64,000 nucleotides of DNA from Hyphomicrobiales bacterium (GTDB lineage: Bacteria; Bacteroidota; Bacteroidia; Bacteroidales; JBGRPZ01), in the NCBI GenBank assembly GCA_041725915.1, contig JBGRPZ010000001.1:2198-66197 (forward strand), written 5' to 3'. The notes under the pieces were generated by a model that saw nothing but the letters and a program-made list of their open reading frames with translations, was not told the DNA's origin and ran no database searches. The translations under genes were made by a program, and so were the position numbers. The number at the start of each line of letters is the position of its first letter. The stretch's first letter is position 1. Of this stretch, positions 1 through 10,122 are shown in pieces.

Positions 1-1691
1 CTTGCAAAAGATTCATTAATCAACATTAGAGAATCACTATTCAAGAAGTCTTCTCTTTCCAAATACCTACCAGCAGCAAGTCTAATATTATATAGCTTTT
101 CATAATCAGACCCTACTCTTACCATACCAATTTGATGATGTCCTTTAGTTTCTCTAGAATAAAGATTATCGCCATAATAATGAACACCCGGACAAGTAGA
201 AGACATAGAAGCATATTTCACTTCAGGTAGATTCCTAACTTCATTTGTTATTGCATCTGAAGCATCCATTAGTTTATCGGTTTCAAAAGAGTAGATTTGA
301 ATATTATCTCTCTCAAAGCCATAATCCAGATTATCAAGGTAAGCAAATTGATTATGAATGGTGATTGTTGCAGATATCAAAATAGAGGCAATTACAAACT
401 GCGCTCCTATAAGTGTTTGACTAAACAATTTTCTGTTTTTCCTTTCATTAACTCCTCTCAAAATATTTTGTGGAGACAATCTACCAATCATTCTTGCAGG
501 AGCATAGATTGTTATTAGAGCAATTAGTATTACAAGCAGTAATTGAAAGACTAAGATTTTAAGAGTAATAAGAGAGTAAAGGCTAAAATCAGTATTTGTA
601 AGTTTTTCGAAATAAGGATGGAGCACCTCAACCAAAATTAAAGTAAGAATAAAAGATCCCCCTAAAATTATCATTCCTTCAATAAAAAATAAAGATCTTA
701 TTTCTGAAGCTTTTGCCCCCATTACTTTTATAATGCCAAACTGTTTAGTACGATTATATAAACTTGCCATTGTAAGATTAATATAGTTTACAGTAGCTAT
801 AAACAGAATAAGCAAAGCAACTACAAAGAAAAGGTAAAGGTAATTGATATTAATAGCAGCATGATCCTTCTCAATTTTTGACTTAAGATGGATATCTTTC
901 ATTGACATCAGCGAACTTGTAATTTTATAACCATATTCATCATAAGTGCTACTAAATATTCTATCAGCCCAATCATCCATTAAAGGTACTATCTCTTCAG
1001 CTTTAACATTATCAGGAATCCTGAAGTAAGTAAAGTATTCAGGGCCTCCTGTCCAGTTATAAGGGAAATCTTTTCTTGCATCTTTATCAACAGTGATATT
1101 AGAAATCAACAATTGAAGAGGAAGGTGAGTAGCTGTAGGGATATCAACAATACCCGTCACAGTAAGATTCAGTTTAGTATCCTTAATTTTCACAGTCTTT
1201 CCTATAGGGTCTTCATCACCAAAGAGCAGTTTTGCCTGTTTTCTATTTAATACAACAGTTTTAGGATTACGAAGAGCCTCACTTGCCGGCATAGTACTTT
1301 CAAGAGGAACTTGAAAAACATCAAAGAAATTCTGATCAACATAATTAAATTTTGTCTTAATGGCTTTATTCCCATTCTCAGCAACAACCTCTCTAAAGAA
1401 AGAAACTCTACAACATTGACCAATGTTTGGAATATCTTTCTCCATATTTACACCTATCTGGCTTCTTAAATAATAAGTTTCTTCAGATACTCCATCCTTT
1501 GTAAATATACTTTGAGCTCTATAAAGTTTGTCTTGATTCCCTATATGGCTATCAAAACTGTAATGATAATTGATATATAGAAATACAAAGAGACTGGCAG
1601 TTAATGCTATCACCCATCCTACAACTTTTAATATCGATGAAGTGATATCTTTTTTCAGACTTCTTACTACTTGCTTGATCTTATAATTCAT
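1..1691 (-). CDS. ABC transporter permease, FtsX/MacB-like (C-terminal part runs off the window)
   Basis: Not in the ORF track because it is open to the window edge. Minus-strand ATG at 1691-1689 gives MNYKIKQVVRSLKKDITSSILKVVGW..., with an N-terminal TM and a large periplasmic domain. The FtsX-type segment reads NRTKQFGIIKVMGAKASEIRSLFFIEGMII. It is collinear with the paralogs at 18267-20615 and 20910-23264. Confidence 0.85.
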   Translation of the reverse strand, partial: MNYKIKQVVRSLKKDITSSILKVVGWVIALTASLFVFLYINYHYSFDSHIGNQDKLYRAQSIFTKDGVSEETYYLRSQIGVNMEKDIPNIGQCCRVSFFREVVAENGNKAIKTKFNYVDQNFFDVFQVPLESTMPASEALRNPKTVVLNRKQAKLLFGDEDPIGKTVKIKDTKLNLTVTGIVDIPTATHLPLQLLISNITVDKDARKDFPYNWTGGPEYFTYFRIPDNVKAEEIVPLMDDWADRIFSSTYDEYGYKITSSLMSMKDIHLKSKIEKDHAAININYLYLFFVVALLILFIATVNYINLTMASLYNRTKQFGIIKVMGAKASEIRSLFFIEGMIILGGSFILTLILVEVLHPYFEKLTNTDFSLYSLITLKILVFQLLLVILIALITIYAPARMIGRLSPQNILRGVNERKNRKLFSQTLIGAQFVIASILISATITIHNQFAYLDNLDYGFERDNIQIYSFETDKLMDASDAITNEVRNLPEVKYASMSSTCPGVHYYGDNLYSRETKGHHQIGMVRVGSDYEKLYNIRLAAGRYLEREDFLNSDSLMLINESFA

Positions 1692-1715
1692 ATCTAACCT
1701 TTTCCTCCCTACATT

Positions 1716-1730
1716 CCAAACAGCATACCA
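1716..1730 (-). promoter_or_regulatory. Sigma-54-like -24/-12 element (TGGTAT-N5-TTGG)
   Basis: Minus strand reads TGGTATGCTGTTTGG, 25 nt upstream of the ATG at 1691. GG at -24 is present. The -12 is TTGG rather than TTGC, so the match is imperfect. Confidence 0.4.
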
Positions 1731-1784
1731 TTAAACCAACTCCTTATTCAACAACAGATTACAAGCAAAACAATTATTTTTCAC

Positions 1785-1801
1785 TGTATCATAATGAAAC
1801 A
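1785..1801. promoter_or_regulatory. Putative enhancer (UAS) dyad TGTATCATAATGAAACA
   Basis: A 17-mer of TGT-N11-ACA type, about 55 bp upstream of the sigma-54-like element. The same motif occurs at 20796 and at 24066/24089. Confidence 0.45.
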
Positions 1802-1815
1802 TGTGCGAGACTGAG

Positions 1816-1832
1816 TGTTTCACTTTGAAAAA
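1816..1832. promoter_or_regulatory. Second, weaker UAS-like site TGTTTCACTTTGAAAAA
   Basis: Left half-site TGTTTC is perfect; right half is GAAAAA instead of GAAACA. Confidence 0.3.
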
Positions 1833-2025
1833 GTCATATAATCGAGCTCAAAGGAAACAAAATATTATGAACTTTCATTTAATAGATATAGATTTGTAAT
1901 ATAATAAGCTACATACCTATTCACTATAGATTATCACATAATATTATATATCAATAATTATCATGATCAATTATTACAATAATTAAATGTTCTGATACAT
2001 TTCAGATAATGAGAACTTGTAAATA

Positions 2026-3312
2026 ATGAAAAAGATAAGATATATATCAATAATAAGTGTTCTGGTTATTGCTACTGTAATTTTTCTACTGACATCTATA
2101 GATAGTTCAGGATCAGACAAACCTGTAAGTAAATACAAACCAGAAGTTATAGATACTAAACAATTCATTACTAATCTTAATGATTTTAAAATCCAGGATA
2201 AATCATCATGGATAGATAGTGTAATGAATAGAATGAAACAGATTACAGGTCTGAATGGAACATTCTTATATGCTGACCAAGGAAATGTAATTTATGAAAG
2301 ATCTTTTGGATACAGTGATCTTAGGAAAAGAACTAAGATGCAGACTACAGACACTTTTCAGCTAGCATCTGTATCAAAAATGTTTACTGCAACAGCAATA
2401 CTTATTCTTGTTCAGGAAGGAAAATTAGACCTTGATGATGATTTTAAAACATTCTATTCTAACTTCCCTTATGAGGGTATCACTGTAAGAAGTCTATTAA
2501 ATCACAGATCCGGTTTACCTCGATACATGTCAATTGCACATGAATTTTGGGAAGATAAAAATAAACCTCTCACCAATGAAGATGTAGTTAATCTATTTAT
2601 TGAACATCCTGTTCCAAGATACTTTGCTCCATTACACAATTTCCATTATTGCAATACTAATTATGCACTTCTCGCCAATATTGTAGAAAAGGTCTCAGGA
2701 GTACCCTTTGATATATATGTAAAAGAAAAGATATTCCGCCCTGCTGGTATGAAACATTCACTTGTATATAATATGAATGGGGATACAATTGTTGAGCCTT
2801 ATATAAAAGAAGGTGTTAATGGCTATTTAATGAGAAGATACCCCAGAATAATGCGAAATGATTACCTAAATGGAGTTATGGGCGATAAAAATGTATACTC
2901 TACTATAGAAGATCTGTTTCTATTCGATAATGCTTTGAGAAGTCAAACATTGTTAAATGACTCTCTTCAACAACTTGCCTATACACCAGGAACATTAAAA
3001 ACCAGAAGAAAGAATCTATATGGTTTTGGATGGAGAATCAAGCCTGACAGAGACAGCACTGTTTATCATTTTGGATGGTGGAAAGGATTTAGAACTTTCT
3101 TTATCAGAGATCTGGCACAAGAAAAAACTATTGTCCTATTAACAAATACAGATAAAGGTATCGGCTCTGAAATATTATGGAAGATATTAGATAATAAAGA
3201 AAATGATCTTCCTCCTATGAGCAGATTATATAGAGAAGAAGATCATCAAAATGATATCGTTACAGATTTTTATAAAGGTATGTCTGAATATGATTATCCA
3301 GAATACAATTAA
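2026..3312 (+). CDS. Serine hydrolase, beta-lactamase/transpeptidase-like family
   Basis: 428 aa with an N-terminal TM/signal. SxxK motif in LASVSKMFTA; Y-x-N motif in HYCNTNYALL. Confidence 0.85.
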   Translation: MKKIRYISIISVLVIATVIFLLTSIDSSGSDKPVSKYKPEVIDTKQFITNLNDFKIQDKSSWIDSVMNRMKQITGLNGTFLYADQGNVIYERSFGYSDLRKRTKMQTTDTFQLASVSKMFTATAILILVQEGKLDLDDDFKTFYSNFPYEGITVRSLLNHRSGLPRYMSIAHEFWEDKNKPLTNEDVVNLFIEHPVPRYFAPLHNFHYCNTNYALLANIVEKVSGVPFDIYVKEKIFRPAGMKHSLVYNMNGDTIVEPYIKEGVNGYLMRRYPRIMRNDYLNGVMGDKNVYSTIEDLFLFDNALRSQTLLNDSLQQLAYTPGTLKTRRKNLYGFGWRIKPDRDSTVYHFGWWKGFRTFFIRDLAQEKTIVLLTNTDKGIGSEILWKILDNKENDLPPMSRLYREEDHQNDIVTDFYKGMSEYDYPEYN

Positions 3313-3314
3313 GC

Positions 3315-4004
3315 TTATTCAATAATAAGTTTAAATCCTACACCATGGACGTTTGTTAGCCTTACCGCAGGATCATCCTTTAAGTATTTTCTGATTTTGG
3401 TTATATAAACATCCATACTACGGGCATTGAAGTAATTATCTTCATTCCATACATGGATTAAAGCATCAGATCTGGAGACAACTCTATTATGATTCTCACA
3501 AAGAAGTTTCAAAAGATCAGCTTCTTTATTCGTCAAACGTTTTATATCTCCTTCATTATTAAGCTCCATTTTATTATAATCAAAAGTATAATTACCTATA
3601 GCATAGACCTGTCTTCTAACTAAATGCTCGGCTTGCATCCTTCTAAGAATAGCTTGCATTCTCCTTAAAAGCTCTTCCATGCTGAAAGGCTTTGTTATAT
3701 AATCATCAGCTCCTATATCAAAACCTGAAATTTTATCTTGTTCCATAGACTTAGCAGTAAGAAACAATATAGGCATTGCTTTATCATCTTTTCTAATATC
3801 CTTAGCAAGAGTAAAACCATCCTTTACAGGCATCATAACATCTAAAACACAAAAGTCAAACTCTTGAGATTTAAACTCTTTATATGCTTGCTCACCATCT
3901 GGGCATAAAGTTGTTTTGAAACCCTTTGCATCAAGAAAGGTTTTCAAAATTAAACCCAAATTTTTATCATCTTCTGCTAATAATACTTTGATTTTTTGTT
4001 CCAT
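3315..4004 (-). CDS. OmpR-family two-component response regulator
   Basis: 229 aa. Receiver domain (KVLLAEDD, VLDVMMPVKDG, LTAK) plus a winged-helix C-terminus (LTNKEADLLKLL...VHGVGFKL). Confidence 0.9.
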   Translation of the reverse strand: MEQKIKVLLAEDDKNLGLILKTFLDAKGFKTTLCPDGEQAYKEFKSQEFDFCVLDVMMPVKDGFTLAKDIRKDDKAMPILFLTAKSMEQDKISGFDIGADDYITKPFSMEELLRRMQAILRRMQAEHLVRRQVYAIGNYTFDYNKMELNNEGDIKRLTNKEADLLKLLCENHNRVVSRSDALIHVWNEDNYFNARSMDVYITKIRKYLKDDPAVRLTNVHGVGFKLIIE

Positions 4005-4020
4005 TATCTAGTTGTTTCTT

Positions 4021-5448
4021 TTAGTCTGGCTTAGTAAAAGGAAGATAAATCTTAAATGTACTTCCTTTTCGAAGTTCACTAACTAGGCTTACATTGCCCT
4101 CATGTAAATCAACAATAGCCTTAACATAACTTAATCCTAAACCAAATCCTTTAAAGTTATGTATATTGCCAGTATGAACTCTATATAGTTTTTGAAAGAT
4201 TTTCTTTTGGTTTGATTTACTTATTCCAATTCCATTATCTTGAATTTCAACAAGTAATCCATTATACACATCTTTAGTAATAATAACTACTTTTGGGCTC
4301 TTCGTCGTATATTTTATTGCATTATCTACTAAATTGAACAGGCAATTTGTTAAGTGTAGCTTATCTGCCTGACCACTATAATTGGTTGCTTCTAATACAA
4401 GATTAATATCTCCGCCCTTCTCTTTTACCTGCAAATCAAAATGTGTACCCACGTCAGCTAAAATAGTATGAATATTTACAGTTTCCATCTTCAGTTGCAT
4501 CTGACCTTTGTCTATTAGAGCTGTTTGCAGGACGTTCTCTACCATTTTCTGCAATCTCTGATTCTCATCAGAAATAATAGAAATATAACTAGAAACCAAC
4601 TCTTCTGTCTTTTGAATATCTTTATCATTCATGGCTTGACAAGCCAAGGAAATAGTACTTATAGGAGTTTTTAATTCATGTGTCATATTATTAATAAAGT
4701 CATTCTTTAATACTTCTACTTTTTTTTGTTTAAATATTGTATAAATACTAGAAGTAAAAACAGCAATTATTATAATGACAAATAACATAGATACAACTAA
4801 TATATGCCATATTTTAGAAAATACTACTTGCTTTTCATAAGGGAAATAGACTATAAGCTTATCGGGATATGGATAGTTATATAAAGATAGTATAGGAAAT
4901 TTCAAAGCGTCATTAGACATTAGCTCATTTCTATACTTCCCTGTCTTTTGAATCAACATCTTTTTTCTAAAATCACTATAAACGCCAAATTCAAAATCTG
5001 TTTCAACTCCTTGTCTTTTTAATTCTTCAGACAACAAAGTATCTAGCAATTGTTTGTTAACAATAGTTTCTGTAGGTGTATAAGCATTATCTAGGAATAG
5101 TGAATTATTATTTAATTTTTGTCTTATAGATTGTATTCTATTGAACATTTCTGATGAGTATAATTGCCCTTGACTGATGCTATTCTGAAGGAAATCCATT
5201 GTAATTGAGTCTAATTCATCATGAAGTTCTTCTTCATATGTTAATTGTTTTCCTTTAAAAATGCTCTTTCTAAGTTCAAGTGCTTCAATTCTATTATCTA
5301 CTCTTGAAAGAGCCTCAACAACATCATGTTTAAATACAGCCTTACGAACCAAAACAGTATTCTCTATCCAATAGATTTGGATAATCATAAGTCCTATCAA
5401 AGAAATAGACATTAAAACGACTAAAAATAGGGGCAACTTTCTTTTCAT
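4021..5448 (-). CDS. Sensor histidine kinase (partner of the 3315-4004 regulator)
   Basis: 475 aa with two TM segments. H-box NMTHELKTPIS; N/G boxes (VDNAIKY, DNGIGI, GFGLGLSYV). It lies 16 nt upstream of the regulator on the same strand. Confidence 0.9.
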   Translation of the reverse strand: MKRKLPLFLVVLMSISLIGLMIIQIYWIENTVLVRKAVFKHDVVEALSRVDNRIEALELRKSIFKGKQLTYEEELHDELDSITMDFLQNSISQGQLYSSEMFNRIQSIRQKLNNNSLFLDNAYTPTETIVNKQLLDTLLSEELKRQGVETDFEFGVYSDFRKKMLIQKTGKYRNELMSNDALKFPILSLYNYPYPDKLIVYFPYEKQVVFSKIWHILVVSMLFVIIIIAVFTSSIYTIFKQKKVEVLKNDFINNMTHELKTPISTISLACQAMNDKDIQKTEELVSSYISIISDENQRLQKMVENVLQTALIDKGQMQLKMETVNIHTILADVGTHFDLQVKEKGGDINLVLEATNYSGQADKLHLTNCLFNLVDNAIKYTTKSPKVVIITKDVYNGLLVEIQDNGIGISKSNQKKIFQKLYRVHTGNIHNFKGFGLGLSYVKAIVDLHEGNVSLVSELRKGSTFKIYLPFTKPD

Positions 5449-5870
5449 GTAACAAATTTAAATTTTATACGTCCAGATGGCTAGAGTTTAACTTTTATTA
5501 ACAATTTAAAAAAACTCACAAATTTATACTTAACATAAAATTTTAAAGTTAGTACTATGAGTTTTAATTTTTTTAAGGCTTAAAGGTATGAAAAAGCATT
5601 AAGGGGCACGCTTTTTGTACTTTCAGAAGACATTAAAAAAGAGATTTTTATTTAAAGATATTTTTAAGATAGTTATGGGAAAGCCACTTACTTTAGTGGC
5701 ATCATTGTGCAATTATTTCTCATACTTAATAGGTTTGGTTATCGGCTCTCGTGCAAGGGAGCCGATTCCATATAAAAGAATCCCTTCACAATTGCGTTAT
5801 TATCAATGGCTCATCTTCTTATTAGCCAACAATCAACTCACAAAACTGTTTATATTTTAAAACTATAATC

Positions 5871-6500
5871 ATGCTGCTAAGTATCCATGAAAACATTCCT
5901 CTTTTTATTATTTCTACATTTACTGCATTCTTTGCCATAATGAACCCAATAGCCAATACCCCCATATATATTGGGCTCACAAAGGATCTAACACTTCAAA
6001 ATCGGAGAAAAGTAGCAAGGCAATCTGTAATAATTGCATTTATTATCGTAGCTATATTTGCTATTGGAGGGAATTATATATTTAAGCTATTTGGATTAAC
6101 TATCCCAGCATTTAAAATTACAGGAGGGATATTGATATTTTATGTAGGCTTCGAAATGCTCCAATCTCAAAGTTCAAATATCCACTCACACAAAGCCGAA
6201 GCAGATGAGTCCGCATTAAGTGTTGCTGTTTCCCCACTAGCAACGCCAATACTTGCAGGGCCAGGGACAATTGTAACAGCCTTAAACTTTACAACCAAAG
6301 GTTATTTCTTAGATGTCTTAATCACCATTGCTATGCTTGCTGTAATGCTATTTCTTACATTCATTGCATTTATTTTCAGCGATAAACTAGTAAAATACCT
6401 TGGAGAAAATCTAATTAAAGTAATTGGAAAGATTATGGGATTAATCTTAGCTGTTATGGGGACAGGGATGGTTATAGGAGGCATTCAACTGATAAAGTAA
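5871..6500 (+). CDS. MarC family (UPF0056) integral membrane protein
   Basis: 209 aa, six predicted TM segments, MarC-like N-terminal block AFFAIMNPIANTPIYIGLT. Confidence 0.75.
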   Translation: MLLSIHENIPLFIISTFTAFFAIMNPIANTPIYIGLTKDLTLQNRRKVARQSVIIAFIIVAIFAIGGNYIFKLFGLTIPAFKITGGILIFYVGFEMLQSQSSNIHSHKAEADESALSVAVSPLATPILAGPGTIVTALNFTTKGYFLDVLITIAMLAVMLFLTFIAFIFSDKLVKYLGENLIKVIGKIMGLILAVMGTGMVIGGIQLIK

Positions 6501-6507
6501 TTCCAAT

Positions 6508-6545
6508 AAAAAAGCCAAAGGTTAATAAAATAAGCTTAACCTTTG
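6508..6545 (-). terminator. Rho-independent terminator after the HlyD-family gene
   Basis: 10-bp stem CAAAGGTTAA/TTAACCTTTG (6516-6525 / 6536-6545), followed on the minus strand by a T-run (forward A-run 6508-6513). Confidence 0.55.
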
Positions 6546-6585
6546 ACTCAAAACTAATTAATCAAATTTTCAAAGAAATAATATT

Positions 6586-7908
6586 TTAATTTGTTTCTTT
6601 CAAACCATTCTTATCTGTTAAAACAGCTTCTATTGGCTTTAAGAACTTTTCAAGGAGACTTCTGTTTTCTGTGACTATCTGAGCTTCACCAGACATTTGT
6701 TGACTTAACTTAAGATTATAAGACAAGTTTGTCTTCAGACCATTATTAAACTTTACCTCAAGTATATAGAAGCCTTGTTCAGGAACCAGAGATATATTTT
6801 TAATTTCTCCTCTTACAGACCCAAATTCCATATAAGGATAATTATCAAAATGGATAACAACATCTTGATTTTCTTTAACTTTTCCAGATCCTTGAATAGG
6901 TAATTTAACCTTTCCTATTATATTTTGATTATCATCAGGAACAACACTCATAACAACTTGCCCCGAATTAACATTATGGTTCTTATCCCATATAGATGTA
7001 AATGTAACCTGTCCATCAACAGGACTAGTTAAAAGATAGTTCTGTTCCCAATCAAGAATTTGAGCATGTAAAATAGATGCCCTTTCCTTGATATCTTTTA
7101 TCAAATTCCTCAAAGATTCATTCTTTTGGATATTCAGATCCAATATATTATTCTTCAATTGAACCAGTTGAAGTTCTGTATTATAAAGACTAGCATTCTT
7201 ATTCTTGTAAGAAAGTACACTATTTAGGTATTCTTTTTCAACATTCTCTAATTCTGCTTGAGGAATGACTTTTCTTTGAAAAAGATCTTTATGCCTCTCA
7301 TACTTCGCCTTACTAAGATCTTTTTGTCTGCTATATTCTTCTATTTGCTTGCGGTCCTCTACAGAAAAGTTTTTCTGAACCTCAAGTTGTCTCTTTTGGG
7401 CTTTAATTCGTTTACCATAATCATCACGAGACTTAAAGTCATTATAATTGGAAATACTTCTTTGTAATGAAGTGTAATAATTTTGGATATCTCCTAATAT
7501 AAATCCCTCATGCTTAAAGTTAGATACATTATTTATCATCGTATCATTATCCAGTCCTGAAATTAGACTTACCACATCTTTCTTAAGGCTCTTTACATTA
7601 TTAAGATTTGCCGTATTTTGAATTACAGCAAGCACTTGATCTTTATTTACCTTTTCAAGATTGTTTACAAAAAGACTTTGCAATTTACCACTTGTTCGAG
7701 CTTTCACATCAGCAGGAGGGTTTTCTGAAAACACTTCAATTTTTGCTCTTACAATATCCGGATATCTAAACAGGTAACAACCCAATAGAATCAATATTAC
7801 AATAGAAAAGATAACTATATTACCCTTGCGAACAACAGAAGAAGGAGCTTTACCTAATACTTCTTCTAGTTCTTCAGATCTACTTTGATTTATATCATAT
7901 TCTGGCAT
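6586..7908 (-). CDS. HlyD-family secretion (membrane fusion) protein
   Basis: 440 aa with a single N-terminal TM, a long coiled-coil middle and a beta-barrel C-terminus. It lies 12 nt downstream of the C39 ABC exporter on the same strand. Confidence 0.8.
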   Translation of the reverse strand: MPEYDINQSRSEELEEVLGKAPSSVVRKGNIVIFSIVILILLGCYLFRYPDIVRAKIEVFSENPPADVKARTSGKLQSLFVNNLEKVNKDQVLAVIQNTANLNNVKSLKKDVVSLISGLDNDTMINNVSNFKHEGFILGDIQNYYTSLQRSISNYNDFKSRDDYGKRIKAQKRQLEVQKNFSVEDRKQIEEYSRQKDLSKAKYERHKDLFQRKVIPQAELENVEKEYLNSVLSYKNKNASLYNTELQLVQLKNNILDLNIQKNESLRNLIKDIKERASILHAQILDWEQNYLLTSPVDGQVTFTSIWDKNHNVNSGQVVMSVVPDDNQNIIGKVKLPIQGSGKVKENQDVVIHFDNYPYMEFGSVRGEIKNISLVPEQGFYILEVKFNNGLKTNLSYNLKLSQQMSGEAQIVTENRSLLEKFLKPIEAVLTDKNGLKETN

Positions 7909-7920
7909 AACAATAGACTT

Positions 7921-10122
7921 TTAGTTTCCTAACTCTAATTGATTCTTAACAAGCTCATAATACGCTCCACGTTTTTCAGTCAGTTTCTTATGGTCTCCAA
8001 TCTCTATGATCTTTCCTTTCTCAAGAACAACAATTTGATCAGCATTCTTAACTGTACTTAATCTGTGAGCAACGACAATAACAGTACGGCCAAAGAAAAA
8101 TTCATCCAGATTCTTCATAATCTGTCGCTCATTGTTTGCATCCAAAGCATTTGTTGCTTCATCAAAGAAAATAAGATTTGGATTTTTATAAACAGCTCTT
8201 GCAATTAAGATACGTTGTTTCTGTCCCTGACTTAAGCCACTACCCTCTTGTCCAATCTTTGTCTTCACTCCTAAAGGCAATCTGTCGATATAATCCTTAA
8301 TATTTGCAATTCGTATCGCGTGAGCAAGCTTTTTGTTATCAACATTTTCTTCACCAGGAGCAATGTTTTGAGCAATTGTATCAGAAAAGATAAACCCATC
8401 TTGCATAACTGCACCACAAGACTCTCTCCAAATCTTACTTTTGATACTGTTTATAGGGGTACTTTCAATCTTTATCTCTCCATCAGTTGGCTGATAAAAT
8501 CCAAGCATAAGCTTTATCAATGTCGTCTTTCCACTACCACTAGTACCTACAATGGCGGTAACTTTCTTCTCGGGAATCTCAAGATTTAAGTTCTCTAACA
8601 CCATTGGAGAATGAGGTCCTTCATATTGGAAAGATATATTGTCAATAGAGATTGATTTTTCTTCAGGTAAGAAGTCTTGTTTTATATCTTCTTGATTCTC
8701 CTCATCTTCTTTATCATGAATTTCACCAAGACGCTCCAAACTTATTTTTGCATCCTGCATTTCTCTTACAAACCCTATCATTTGTTGGATTGGACTATTC
8801 AATTGACCCAATATATACTGTACAGCCATCATCATACCTAAGGTCATTTCTCCTTCAACAACAGCTCTTGCAGCAATAAAAGTTATCAGAATATTTTTAC
8901 CTTGGTTAAACACCATACCCCCAGCTTCTTGATACTGAGAAAGGCCTAAACCTTTAATATTTACTTTAAATAAAGCAGCCTGAATCTTTTCCCATTCCCA
9001 ACGTTTTCTAATCTCACAGTTATTCAGTTTGATCTCTTGCATACCAGTAATCAACTGGAATAAATTACTCTGATTCTCTGAAAGCCTTGCGAATCTCTTA
9101 AAGTCAAGCTCTCTACGTTTCTTCAAGAAGATCAAGACCCATAATGTATACAATGCGCTACCCAGCAAGAAGACACCAAAAATAGTAAGGTCATAGATTG
9201 CTAGCACAACACCAAAAACAATCAGATTTATCATCGAGAAAAGAACACTCAGACTACTGGAAGTCAAAAAGCTCTCTATTCTTTGATGATCTCCGATTCT
9301 CTGCATTATATCTCCAATCATCTTCGAGTCAAAGAACCCCAGAGGAAGTCTCATCAACTTAATCAGGAAGTCTGAGATAAGAGATATGTTAATACGCGTA
9401 CTTATATGTAGCAATAGCCAACCTCGGATAAACTCAACAGATGTTGTACTTATAAATAAGACTAATTGAGCAATTAAAATCAAGGTGATAAAGTCCAGAT
9501 CACCTGTCGTAATACCCACATCAACAACAGCCTGTGTAAGAAACGGTAAAATTAATTGCAACAAACTACCTGTTGCCATCCCCAATATAAGCTGAAGGAA
9601 GAAGCGTTTGTGAGGCTTTAAGTATTTAAGTAGAAAAGAGAAGTTCTTACGATCAATAGACTCGTCTTTCTCCTGATAAAAGGCAGGTGTAGGCTCTAAT
9701 ATTAAAGCAATTCCCTTAGGATTTTCATTTTCTGTCTTTCCTACCCAAAAGCGTTTAAACTCTTCAATAGTATACTTTATCAAGCCAAAGCCAGGATCTG
9801 CAACATAGAATATATATTGTCCCTTTTTCTTCTTTACATCATAAAGAACAACAAAATGATTCTGATTCCAATGTAAGATAGTAGGATAAATATCTTCTTC
9901 AACAAGTTGTTTGAGTGAGATTCGAGCACCTAAAGTTCTAAATCCTATAGATTCAGCAGCTTCACTAATACCTAAAAGGGAAACCCCTTCCCTGTTAATG
10001 TAGCATTTTTCTCTCAGGGTGGGTAAAGTATAAGTTTTACCATAATACTTCGCGATCATCCTTAAGCAGGTAGGCCCACAATCTTTTTGATCTAATTGCT
10101 TATAGTATGTAAATTTCTTCAT
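7921..10122 (-). CDS. Peptidase C39 domain-containing ABC exporter (bacteriocin/peptide processing-export type)
   Basis: 733 aa. N-terminal C39 domain with catalytic Cys (QKDCGPTCLRM) and His (NHFVVLY). Six TM segments, Walker A GTSGSGKTT, signature LSQGQKQR, Walker B LIFFDEATNALD. Confidence 0.95.
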   Translation of the reverse strand: MKKFTYYKQLDQKDCGPTCLRMIAKYYGKTYTLPTLREKCYINREGVSLLGISEAAESIGFRTLGARISLKQLVEEDIYPTILHWNQNHFVVLYDVKKKKGQYIFYVADPGFGLIKYTIEEFKRFWVGKTENENPKGIALILEPTPAFYQEKDESIDRKNFSFLLKYLKPHKRFFLQLILGMATGSLLQLILPFLTQAVVDVGITTGDLDFITLILIAQLVLFISTTSVEFIRGWLLLHISTRINISLISDFLIKLMRLPLGFFDSKMIGDIMQRIGDHQRIESFLTSSSLSVLFSMINLIVFGVVLAIYDLTIFGVFLLGSALYTLWVLIFLKKRRELDFKRFARLSENQSNLFQLITGMQEIKLNNCEIRKRWEWEKIQAALFKVNIKGLGLSQYQEAGGMVFNQGKNILITFIAARAVVEGEMTLGMMMAVQYILGQLNSPIQQMIGFVREMQDAKISLERLGEIHDKEDEENQEDIKQDFLPEEKSISIDNISFQYEGPHSPMVLENLNLEIPEKKVTAIVGTSGSGKTTLIKLMLGFYQPTDGEIKIESTPINSIKSKIWRESCGAVMQDGFIFSDTIAQNIAPGEENVDNKKLAHAIRIANIKDYIDRLPLGVKTKIGQEGSGLSQGQKQRILIARAVYKNPNLIFFDEATNALDANNERQIMKNLDEFFFGRTVIVVAHRLSTVKNADQIVVLEKGKIIEIGDHKKLTEKRGAYYELVKNQLELGN

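Noticed and set aside
5615-5860. 81-aa track ORF as annotated
   Set aside because: It depends on a non-ATG start, and its first 20 codons are Lys/Phe-rich AT-spacer translation. Only the shorter ATG-initiated version (5675-5860) is kept, and only as a question.
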